Position numbers and translations under genes: made by a program. A DNA stretch of 27,839 bases from Promethearchaeota archaeon (GTDB lineage Archaea > Asgardarchaeota > Lokiarchaeia > Sigyniarchaeales > SOKP01). Shown here in pieces: positions 1 through 8,218 of this stretch. The number at the start of each line of letters is the position of its first letter. The first letter of the stretch is position 1. The DNA is taken from positions 1 through 27,839 of the forward strand of contig JAEOTS010000071.1 of the NCBI GenBank assembly GCA_016839745.1. The letters run 5' to 3'. Under the pieces are notes generated by a model that saw only the letters and a list, made by a program, of their open reading frames with translations, did no database searches and was not told where the DNA came from.

Positions 1-119
1 ATAACGAAATCGATTTCAGGTATGTTACTTTTCGTTATAATGCTTTTCGCTTCTCTAAGATTAATTTCCATTCTTTTACACTTCAGATTTATTTTGAATC
101 TAAATTCATCTCTTTCCAT
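1..119 (-). CDS. 5' fragment of probable SplB/spore-photoproduct-lyase-like radical SAM protein (runs off left edge; start at 119 or 71)
   Basis: Manual translation from ATG 119: MERDEFRFKINLKCKRMEINLREAKSIITKSNIPEIDFV..., open to the window edge. AKSIITKSxIPxxDFV resembles the segment that precedes INPYxGCxxxCxYC in SplB-like radical SAM proteins; the Cys motif itself is outside the window. Confidence 0.6.
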   Translation of the reverse strand, partial: MERDEFRFKINLKCKRMEINLREAKSIITKSNIPEIDFV

Positions 120-244
120 AGAGAATTAATAAAATCTAATGCTTTGGCTTTAAATGTTAAGCTATTTTATTATCTTTTTATTTAAGAAAAATCTATTAAT
201 ATATCTAGTATTAATATACTTAAAATATTATTATAGGCTAATTT

Positions 245-436
245 ATGCGATTAAAATTATCTGAAAATGATAGAACCAATAGAGTCATCCTCTTTATTAT
301 TCTAATAGCACTAATAACTACATCGGTAATAGTAATCTCTGTGGTAGCAAACTATTTCATTTCTCTTGAAGAAACCGGAGGAGGATGACCTAAACCATGC
401 AGTATCTTTATAAATGTATTTTTAACTTTAATTTAA
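245..436 (+). CDS. candidate small membrane selenoprotein (63 aa with TGA 386-388 read as Sec; 47 aa if TGA is a stop)
   Basis: ATG 245 gives MRLKLSENDRTNRVILFIILIALITTSVIVISVVANYFISLEETGGG-[TGA]-PKPCSIFINVFLTLI-TAA(434-436). One clear TM helix (res ~14-39); SECIS-like hairpin directly after the TAA. Confidence 0.7.
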
Positions 437-440
437 AAAA

Positions 441-486
441 GGGATGATTTTTGCGAGAAAATTTTAGTCGCAAGATGACTTACCCC
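441..486 (+). promoter_or_regulatory. eukaryote/Lokiarchaeota-type SECIS element (kink-turn core)
   Basis: AUGA(444-447)-U, stem UUUUGCGA(449-456)/UCGCAAGA(468-475), apical loop G-AAAA-UUUUAG (457-467), U-GA-C (476-479) completing the tandem GA core, lower helix GGG(441-443) with the C run at 483-486. Matches the AUGA_AA_GA SECIS pattern with a short helix II, as described for Lokiarchaeota. Confidence 0.75.
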
Positions 487-523
487 GCAAGGGTTAAAAG
501 CAAGGATTAAAAAATAATACGAA

Positions 524-540
524 TACTAATATATATAGTA
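524..540. promoter_or_regulatory. palindromic operator-like site TACTA-N7-TAGTA upstream of the TrmB-family gene
   Basis: TACTAATATATATAGTA; a 15/17 copy (TATTAATATATCTAGTA) lies at 194-210. Resembles TACT...AGTA TrmB-type operators, but the region is extremely AT-rich. Confidence 0.35.
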
Positions 541-614
541 TGTAGTATTAATTAATTTATTAATTAACAAAATTCTTATTTTATTGAGAAAATTTTGTTT
601 TACTGTTCAGAATA

Positions 615-1433
615 ATGTCGAAGGAAACTCCCGATAACGTTAAAGACGCTCTACGCGCCATAGGACTTACCGATTACGAAATTGCTATTTATTTAACTTT
701 AATCTCAAAAGGTCCAATGGATGCAAGGGAGCTTTCTGATGCTAGTTCAGTCCCGTATTCTAGAATTTACAACATCCTAACCCAATTGGAAAAAGAGAAA
801 AAGTGGATCATCAAAGAAGAGGAATCCCGACCTAGCAGATATTTCGCAAAAAGTCCGGATGAAGCATTAATAATAGCGAAAAAACAATATAGTGAACGTT
901 TTGACAAACATTCGATTGATATCATTCGTAACTTGACCCCTATTTATGAATCACATGACACGCCGATAAAAGTTGCTTTATATATTCATCGTGGAAGAGA
1001 TGTTTGTATCAATCGGAGTATGAATATCATTGAACACGCGAAAAATTCTTTATATTTTGTAGCACCTTATTATGAATTTCTAGAGCTTTTTTATGATGCA
1101 GTTAAAAAAGCAAGAGCTCGCGGAGTGATTGATATGAAGCTGTTAATAGAAGAAGAGGCTCTAAAAGACGAAAAATTCGTAGAAATGACTAAAAAATATG
1201 CTGAAATCTGTGAAATTCGATCCCGTGATCAAGTTTTTGGAACTAGTATAGTAATGGATGAAGGAGAGGAAGCATTCATTATATTAACGCAAGAAATTTT
1301 CAAAGGACTTAGTTATTTCGGTGTAGATACTGATCACATTGCATTTGGACCAGCAAGCAATTTTTACTTCAATTATTTATACCAAACTGCTAAACCTTTA
1401 AAATTTGATAAGAAAACCAAAACTGGAAATTAA
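615..1433 (+). CDS. TrmB family transcriptional regulator (N-terminal wHTH plus C-terminal effector domain)
   Basis: LRAIGLTDYEIAIYLTL...ARELSDASSVPYSRIYNILTQL...RPSRYFAKSP is the TrmB HTH signature. Confidence 0.9.
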   Translation: MSKETPDNVKDALRAIGLTDYEIAIYLTLISKGPMDARELSDASSVPYSRIYNILTQLEKEKKWIIKEEESRPSRYFAKSPDEALIIAKKQYSERFDKHSIDIIRNLTPIYESHDTPIKVALYIHRGRDVCINRSMNIIEHAKNSLYFVAPYYEFLELFYDAVKKARARGVIDMKLLIEEEALKDEKFVEMTKKYAEICEIRSRDQVFGTSIVMDEGEEAFIILTQEIFKGLSYFGVDTDHIAFGPASNFYFNYLYQTAKPLKFDKKTKTGN

Positions 1434-3445
1434 CTATTTGTTGTTTCTTCAGTAAAAACTGGAAGAATCAGATGGGATGGATGTTCCTTATCATGATATA
1501 CCGTTTGAGTTGCGATTATATAATTCATCTTACTTTCTTTCCCAGCAAGGTTGGAGTTAACATCAAATCTCGGGAAATTACTAGAAGTTATTTCCAACCG
1601 GATTTTATGATCCTTAGGAAAATAAATAGCAGTTGTTCCAATTACAATTTCGTACTTGTATATCTTATTTGGAGTAATTAACTTGGGATCATTTAAATCA
1701 CCGTTAAGATAGCGAGTTCTAACTCCTGAATCTATTAAATTTACAGCTTTTTTATTGTCTGGGTAAACATCAACCAATTTTACCATATAATCGGTATCTT
1801 CTACGGTGGTAGAGGCATAAAGTATTATCTTTATTTCACCTATTACTTCTAAGCCTTTTTCAAGTACTTGTGTTGAATATACTAAAACATCATCCCGCTT
1901 CTCAATATTAGTCTGATCTTGAGGTCCACTTAATAAAAACAAGTCTCTTCCTCCCTTTGTTACTACAGGATCAGAAGGATCAAATTGATATTCATCCGGG
2001 AGCTCATCCTCTTGTTTTTTTTTGGAAAGTATTCCGTCTCCTAATAAACTATTACTGTTCCCATTCGAGTGAAGATACAACTTGACTTCCCTGGAAGTAG
2101 GTGGCCATTTATTGAAAGATCTCCAAATATTTTTATTTAATATAAAAGCGCGTATAGGAGGTATTTTTGATAAATCTGACTCTTTTCCTTTTAAACAGAA
2201 ATCGTACCACCAAAAAGGGAGTATATTTTGAAAGAATGTGATATCGTCTTTTAAATTTGTGTATTTCAATGGCTTGGTAAACATTTTATCCATATTTACA
2301 TGAGACCAGGGGCCAATAATCATTTTAAATTTATCTTTGAAAAAAGATGGGGCTTTATCTTGAATTAGTTTCACGTCTCGCATCATGTGCTCAATAAACA
2401 TATCATACCAACCCCCAATAAATAACATAGGAGTTTCAAGTTCATAGTTAAGCCCAAAAGCGTATGGAGATAAATCGTGGTCATGGAATATATTTCTCTT
2501 ATAAAATATCTCCTTAATTAGCTTTAAAAATGAACCTTCATCCATTTTAGATACATCAACATTCGTTTTATACACACTATTCATCATTTTCATAGAGTAT
2601 TTTGGATTCTCTACACTCGCCATATCTGACAATTTTGGTTTTTTCGAGTTTAAAGGCTCGTTGTAAAAGCTATTTGAGGGATTAAAAAACAATTTTTTAT
2701 AAAATCCATTCTTATCCCATTGATCAAAATCCATCGTCTTGAGATTTCTCATATTTGACGTTGAAAGCATTATCAAATATAGAGCTCCTGATAAACTAAC
2801 AGGATATAATCCACCTGGATGCCAAAAAATGTTTGAATAAGAACTATGAATAGGATTTAAACAAGTAAGTAAATTTTCGTTGTTCCAAGACACAGCTAGC
2901 TGTGTAATACCTAAATATGACAAACCCCACATTCCAATTTTCCCATCGTACCAAAATCGTTCAGATATCCAACGTAACGTTTCTAATCCATCTTGTCTTT
3001 CGTACATATAAAGAGAATTAGTTCCATATTCACTTGATCGTCCACTACCTCGAATATCTTGTATTACAGCTACATAACCTTTAGAGGCTATGAGGTATCC
3101 CAAAATACTAAGTCGATCTTTCCAATAAGGTAATCTTACTAGAATAGTAGGACTTTTGCTTTTCTTATTGTAAATATCTTTAGGCATATAAATGTCTGTC
3201 GCTAATTTTCCCCCATCTTCAAGATGAATTAAAACCTCCTTTAATCTTCTTGAACTAGTTTCAGGTAAAAAGTTAATGTTTTGAAATCTACGTGAACGCC
3301 CAATAATTTCAAATATTTTAAACAAGGGTGTATAAATGTAATCAACAAAAAATGCCATACGTATAAAAATTGAACTAAGTGGAGTTAAAAGAGTTGGAAA
3401 TTTAAGACCAATCGTTATATCTTTAGGATTGAATTTTCGTTGCAT
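1430..3445 (-). CDS. CocE/NonD family alpha/beta hydrolase (peptidase S15-like) with C-terminal PepX_C-like domain
   Basis: PTILVRLPY, QDIRGSGRS, nucleophile motif GMWGLSYLG, GGWYD, GPWSH, SSNFPRFD. Stop overlaps the TrmB gene end by 4 nt. Confidence 0.9.
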   Translation of the reverse strand: MQRKFNPKDITIGLKFPTLLTPLSSIFIRMAFFVDYIYTPLFKIFEIIGRSRRFQNINFLPETSSRRLKEVLIHLEDGGKLATDIYMPKDIYNKKSKSPTILVRLPYWKDRLSILGYLIASKGYVAVIQDIRGSGRSSEYGTNSLYMYERQDGLETLRWISERFWYDGKIGMWGLSYLGITQLAVSWNNENLLTCLNPIHSSYSNIFWHPGGLYPVSLSGALYLIMLSTSNMRNLKTMDFDQWDKNGFYKKLFFNPSNSFYNEPLNSKKPKLSDMASVENPKYSMKMMNSVYKTNVDVSKMDEGSFLKLIKEIFYKRNIFHDHDLSPYAFGLNYELETPMLFIGGWYDMFIEHMMRDVKLIQDKAPSFFKDKFKMIIGPWSHVNMDKMFTKPLKYTNLKDDITFFQNILPFWWYDFCLKGKESDLSKIPPIRAFILNKNIWRSFNKWPPTSREVKLYLHSNGNSNSLLGDGILSKKKQEDELPDEYQFDPSDPVVTKGGRDLFLLSGPQDQTNIEKRDDVLVYSTQVLEKGLEVIGEIKIILYASTTVEDTDYMVKLVDVYPDNKKAVNLIDSGVRTRYLNGDLNDPKLITPNKIYKYEIVIGTTAIYFPKDHKIRLEITSSNFPRFDVNSNLAGKESKMNYIIATQTVYHDKEHPSHLILPVFTEETTNS

Positions 3446-3489
3446 ACTTCAAAAATAATATAAAGTTAAAGATTTTTGAATTTTACTGT

Positions 3490-3682
3490 TTACCAAGTAA
3501 TTGCAATTGCATTTTCGGGGCAAACTTCTATGCAATTAAAGCAGCAGCTACTGAACGCCCCCATATCGACGCAATCTGCAAATCTTGCGGATCGTAAGGA
3601 TTTTTTTGCTTTTTCTCGTTGTCGATCGTCTCGAGCATAAAGATTGGCTTTAAAGTTTATAAATTAAAATTTTTAATGACAC
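3490..3682 (-). pseudogene. degenerate 4Fe-4S ferredoxin remnant
   Basis: One frame ends ...GAFSSCCFNCIEVCPENAIAITW* (CxxCxxCxxxCP with the first Cys as AGT/Ser) but has no start codon. Upstream MLETIDNEKKQKNPYDPQDLQIASIWG is in another frame and joins at a G5 run (3558-3562). GTG 3682 MSLKILIYKL* lies in a third frame. Confidence 0.6.
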
Positions 3683-3760
3683 TCTTTCCTTTAATTGATA
3701 TCTTAATAATATATAAAAAATATCTTTTATATTATTCAATGACTTGAGATTTTAAAAAAT

Positions 3761-4087
3761 GTGATAAAAATGGTATTGATAATAACAACTATTTGGTTTC
3801 CTCCATCTAAATCAGAAGAAATGAATAATTTTTCTGCTGAAGAACACTTACGAAGTAGAGGCCTTTATGATCCTAAAGAAAATAACCATAGTTTGTTTAC
3901 TGGATTTTCTTCAGATAAGAAGTCTTATAAAATGAAATGGGTACAAAAAATAAACCGGGAAGATCTCTTTATTAATTACAACGCAGTAATGATAAGAGCT
4001 ACTTACATTTGTAATAATATAGAGGGAGCAACCTATCGAATTGAAATTTTGTACGAACTCGAAGATTTAGCCGAAGCAACTAAGTAA
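3761..4087 (+). CDS. hypothetical ~105-aa protein (probable small alpha/beta fold; likely start ATG 3770)
   Basis: Intact ORF MVLIITTIWFPPSK...IEGATYRIEILYE with no recognisable catalytic motif. Confidence 0.65.
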   Translation: MIKMVLIITTIWFPPSKSEEMNNFSAEEHLRSRGLYDPKENNHSLFTGFSSDKKSYKMKWVQKINREDLFINYNAVMIRATYICNNIEGATYRIEILYELEDLAEATK

Positions 4088-4149
4088 TTATATTCTAATA
4101 TGATTTGAACTTTAGCAGGTAAGAAGCTCTGATTCCAATCAATAAGATA

Positions 4150-4608
4150 TTATTTTAGAAAGGCTCTTTTTCCCAAGTATATAAAAAGTTCACCTAATTC
4201 AAAAACTGTGAGTGGAAATATTAGATTAGCCATATCGTGTCGTAGTTCTTGTTTGTCTTTCCCTGAGATAATTAATTTCTCAATGTCTTCGACAAAATCG
4301 TCCATATTCAGAAAAAGAATCTCAATTTTATCGCAACCCGTTAACTCTTCGATATCTTTATCTAGATGGGTTTCAACTTGATTTAATAATCCTATTTTTA
4401 ACTGTGGATCTAATTCATATTTAGAGATAAGTTCGTTTATTTCTTCTAAAATAATATTTATCGTTAAATTCCAATCTTTATTGTCCTTATATTTTGGAAT
4501 CAATACTTCGCTAATTATAGTTTCATAAAGAGATATGGGTGCTTTTTCGTCAAATTCAACATCTACACCATTTCTTAATTTTATTTCTTTGACCATTTCC
4601 AACCTCAA
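4150..4608 (-). CDS. hypothetical acidic helical protein (likely start ATG 4596 after GAGGT)
   Basis: 152-codon ORF with SD-like GAGGT upstream of MVKEIK; no motif recognised. Confidence 0.7.
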   Translation of the reverse strand: MRLEMVKEIKLRNGVDVEFDEKAPISLYETIISEVLIPKYKDNKDWNLTINIILEEINELISKYELDPQLKIGLLNQVETHLDKDIEELTGCDKIEILFLNMDDFVEDIEKLIISGKDKQELRHDMANLIFPLTVFELGELFIYLGKRAFLK

Positions 4609-5119
4609 CTCAATAATTATTTTGCTTCTTATATATTAATAGACTATTTTTTTATAAATTTTATTAGACTGTAAAAAATCTCGATTTAATGTTAGAATTT
4701 CACAAATTTAAAAAGAATAACAAGAACTAGAAATCTCCCTTTTATTATGTACGATCCCGATCTTTTTTAAACTTCAATAAAAACTTAGACAAAAAGAAGT
4801 AAAATCGGAAACCAGGACGTTCAAAAATACAAAAAGAGGAGACGTATTTATCTAATAACAGGGTTAAGGGTTGAGGTATTGAGTCCTTAGACTCTTAGGT
4901 ATAAGAATATATTATGTAATCATGGTTTCCAATTTTTTTTTTCTAAAATAATATTGATTACATAACTATTTAAAGATATCTATATTTTCACATGACAAAA
5001 AGGAAAATCAAAATTATGCTCAACCCGTTATATTAAATAACAAACTTAAAGGAATTTGTTAAACTATTCTTTAATATTTGAGTAAATAAATTTCTGATAA
5101 AATAAATTAATTAGAAATC

Positions 5120-5938
5120 CTAAAGAATGGTTTTTTGAATTTTATTGATAATTTTTCGACAAAAATCAATTTTATGTTCATTAAATAATTCAATAATAAC
5201 ATAATAAACCATATATCGCCCATATTTTTTTTCAAAAGCTCCTAACATTGTTTTAATTATTCGTTTTTCTTTGCTATTTACTTTTTTCTCTTTATAATAG
5301 ATATTAACTATTTTTTCTTTTAAAGCAATTTTTAAATTTTTATCGTAGAATCGAGCAATCTTATATCCCAAAAATTCAGTGCATAGTATTTTCCAACTAG
5401 GGATTTGGGTGAAAATAGAATCTCTAAAAAAATAGCTGTTGTAGCGAGTTTTAAAAATCCCCCTCATTTTCTTCTTAATTGGTTTGGAAAAATGAAGTGC
5501 GAAAGGAGTTTGAAGAGCAGCTTTATTATTACGGATATCTAGGTTTACGTAATAAACGCGACCTCCATAAATACGGTGTAAAGTATTTTCAGCTAGACTA
5601 ATCTTAACCCGATTAGTGTCAACGGGGTGTTTAGGTGAAGCAACGCATTTCCCCTCACCATACAAAATCCATAAAACATAAACACCTTGTTTATTATAAT
5701 CTTTAGTTCTATCGAGTATATCTTTAGGGGATATTTTAGAATTTTGAACTTCAATTGCTATTTCTTGACCCGTTTTGAGTTGTAAATACACATCGGCAAA
5801 TCGGTTCCCTAAATACTTTTCAAGAGATCTCTTTACAACGGATTTATCATTTTTATAAATATATTTATATAAAAATAACTTAATTACCCTATGGGAATAA
5901 GACTCTGCGGGCGTACTAATTAGTGAGATTTCCTTCAT
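5120..5938 (-). CDS. CoiA-like PD-(D/E)XK nuclease
   Basis: ESYSH...K, E-x6-ADV...IAIEVQNSKIS...RTKDYNKQGVYVLWI matches the competence protein CoiA nuclease core. Confidence 0.8.
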   Translation of the reverse strand: MKEISLISTPAESYSHRVIKLFLYKYIYKNDKSVVKRSLEKYLGNRFADVYLQLKTGQEIAIEVQNSKISPKDILDRTKDYNKQGVYVLWILYGEGKCVASPKHPVDTNRVKISLAENTLHRIYGGRVYYVNLDIRNNKAALQTPFALHFSKPIKKKMRGIFKTRYNSYFFRDSIFTQIPSWKILCTEFLGYKIARFYDKNLKIALKEKIVNIYYKEKKVNSKEKRIIKTMLGAFEKKYGRYMVYYVIIELFNEHKIDFCRKIINKIQKTIL

Positions 5939-6113
5939 TTGATTTTTAATAACAAAAATCGATTCTTTCTGTATAAAATATCTCTAAAAATTAATATATT
6001 GCAACAGTTTGATAAATTCTTGAATTTCTACTAATTTTTTCTTTAAATATGATTAGAATATTAAAAATTCATTTAACTGTATACAATAAAAAAGTGGTTT
6101 TTACTATAAGAGA

Positions 6114-6836
6114 GTGATAAAAATGGTAAATAAACATAGCCAAAGTTTTTTTGGGCAATCAACAGGGCTCACACTTGTTAGTTCTTCAAAAACAGAACCG
6201 TTCATATTTTTGAAGTGTATTAAGAAAAAACCTGACGGTTCGTGGGAAAAACCCTCTTTGGGAGAAGGAAAAACAATTAAATGCAATCTAGACGAAATTG
6301 TGATGATTTTAGAAGTTTTGAATAGAAATAAAGATTCATGGTCAAGCTTTCATAATTTTAAAGATGTAAAAACACAAATCTCCTTTAAATGGGAAGACGC
6401 AGCGAAGCAGAAACTTTTAATTTATATTGGAAAGTATTCTAAAATGCTAAACTATGCCCAAACTGAAATATTTAGAATGCTATTAAAACATATAATACAA
6501 GAAAAAATCGAATTTGCAACAATCCCAAATTTAAATCCAATAAAAAAACCCACAGAAAGTTCTAAAGATCACACTGAGAAAAATAAAGTACCGAATTCAA
6601 CGGAACTTCCATCTGTGAAAGAAACTGTAGAAAACAACGAAAATGAAGTTAGCAACATAAACGGGGTAATTGAAGGGGAAACTGAAAAAGCTTTACTTAT
6701 TCAATTTGAAGATAATAAAGAAGTTTGGATTCCAAAGTCAGTTATCCGCTCTGATTACAATTCAATTAATGAAATTACACAAAACTTCATGATTGATAAT
6801 TGGATATTAAAGAAGAATAATATCTTTAAAAATTAG
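6114..6836 (+). CDS. putative Whirly/PC4-like ssDNA-binding protein with C-terminal ETEKA-WIPKS beta domain
   Basis: N-terminal ~135 aa follow a Whirly-like pattern (FFGQSTGLTL / IKCNLDEIVMIL...SWSSFH / LNYAQTEIFRMLL), then a low-complexity linker and GETEKALLIQFEDNKEVWIPKSVI...IDNWIL. Fold call is by eye. Confidence 0.55.
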   Translation: MIKMVNKHSQSFFGQSTGLTLVSSSKTEPFIFLKCIKKKPDGSWEKPSLGEGKTIKCNLDEIVMILEVLNRNKDSWSSFHNFKDVKTQISFKWEDAAKQKLLIYIGKYSKMLNYAQTEIFRMLLKHIIQEKIEFATIPNLNPIKKPTESSKDHTEKNKVPNSTELPSVKETVENNENEVSNINGVIEGETEKALLIQFEDNKEVWIPKSVIRSDYNSINEITQNFMIDNWILKKNNIFKN

Positions 6837-6847
6837 TATTTTTTTAA

Positions 6848-8038
6848 TTATTTAGAAATATTTGGAATGAACTCATTATCGCATAGAGCTTTTAAGCTCT
6901 TATTATAATTGATCATTTTTTTTGCTAATTCGGGATGAGAAAGGAGTTGAACTTCCGTTGTATCGTCTCTATCCCACAATAAATAAGGAACTTCTTCTCT
7001 TGGGACTTCTTCTTTAACTTGTTGTATCCATTCATGGGGAAGATTATTTTCTAAATTAACATCTAACATACGTGCGAGGAATATAGACCATGCTCTCGGT
7101 ACAACTGTCATTGAATAACCTCCACCTCCCACAGCAATCCATCTATTATTGCAATAATCGTGAGTACAAGTGTAAAGAGTTTGGGCAATGTCTCTGTAAG
7201 CTGATATAGAAACGCCCATTTGCGTGAGAGGATCGTTAAAGTGCATATCAACTCCTAATTGAGTGAAAAGAACATCGGGAGCATAAGCTTCTAAAATCCT
7301 AGGGACGCAATATCTAATTAACTTAACAAACATCCTGTTGCTCGTATTAGGGAGTAATGGGAAATTTATTGAATAACCTTTTCCCGCACCTTCACCAACT
7401 TCATTGGAGTGACCTGTACCCGGGAACAGAAAATTCCCACTTTCGTGAAAGGATATTGTTAGAACGTTAGGATCGTCGTAAAATAGCCATTGTACTCCAT
7501 CCCCATGATGACAATCGATATCTAAATAAGCGATTCTTATGTCATTTTTTAAATGCTTTAAGTGATGTATAGCAACTGCTATATCATTGAAAATGCAAAA
7601 GCCTGAGGCTCTTTTCTTGTTGGCGTGGTGTAATCCTCCTGCGGGATTAAAACCGATCATTATATCATCATTATTCCATACTAAATCAGAAGCTTGTATA
7701 CTTGCCCCGCACACTAAAGCAGACGCCTCATACATTCCCTTAAATATCGGGTTATCCCCTGGACCCAAGCCATAATCATATGGGTAAATCGAACTGTCAT
7801 CAGGATTTTCGCTTAATTTCTTAACGACATCTACATATTCTGGATCATGTGCTCGTTCTATTTGCTCTCTGGTAGCCATAAGAGGTTTTTTTATCTCGAT
7901 CCTCTCGTGTTTTAGCAGGTTCAGTTTTTCCATAAGGTCATAAGTTAGTTTTAACCTTAGAGGGCGAAGAGGGTGATCTGGGCCAAAATCGTACTTTTGG
8001 TATTGATCAGTATATATCAAAGCGACCTTGTCTAGCAT
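6848..8038 (-). CDS. acuC: class I histone deacetylase / AcuC family Zn-dependent lysine deacetylase
   Basis: HPLRPLR, AGGLHHA, SGFC, DIDCHHGDG, SFHESG..FPGTG, GVDMH, GGGGY. Confidence 0.92.
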   Translation of the reverse strand: MLDKVALIYTDQYQKYDFGPDHPLRPLRLKLTYDLMEKLNLLKHERIEIKKPLMATREQIERAHDPEYVDVVKKLSENPDDSSIYPYDYGLGPGDNPIFKGMYEASALVCGASIQASDLVWNNDDIMIGFNPAGGLHHANKKRASGFCIFNDIAVAIHHLKHLKNDIRIAYLDIDCHHGDGVQWLFYDDPNVLTISFHESGNFLFPGTGHSNEVGEGAGKGYSINFPLLPNTSNRMFVKLIRYCVPRILEAYAPDVLFTQLGVDMHFNDPLTQMGVSISAYRDIAQTLYTCTHDYCNNRWIAVGGGGYSMTVVPRAWSIFLARMLDVNLENNLPHEWIQQVKEEVPREEVPYLLWDRDDTTEVQLLSHPELAKKMINYNKSLKALCDNEFIPNISK

Positions 8039-8218
8039 GATAGTTATAAGAATTAAACCCCCTATTTATTTCTTTTAAGGATATTTTATAAATTATTTAA
8101 TTAAAAGTTTCATAAGAATAACCCTTAGATTACAGAAAAATATATTATCAGAGTATCATATAAAGAATTATAAATATAAGTGAATTGTACTAAGTAAATT
8201 ATTCCTCTACTTTAAAAA

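Noticed and set aside
441-486. Hairpin as a bacterial-type intrinsic terminator or C/D-box sRNA
   Set aside because: No following U tract and no canonical CUGA D box; the AUGA/GA core, apical A run and upstream in-frame TGA fit a SECIS better.
1472-1681. 69-aa + strand ORF from the track
   Set aside because: Antisense shadow inside the CocE/NonD gene; no motif.
6104-7775. Short ORFs 6104-6286 (-) and 7587-7775 (+)
   Set aside because: Antisense to well-supported genes.
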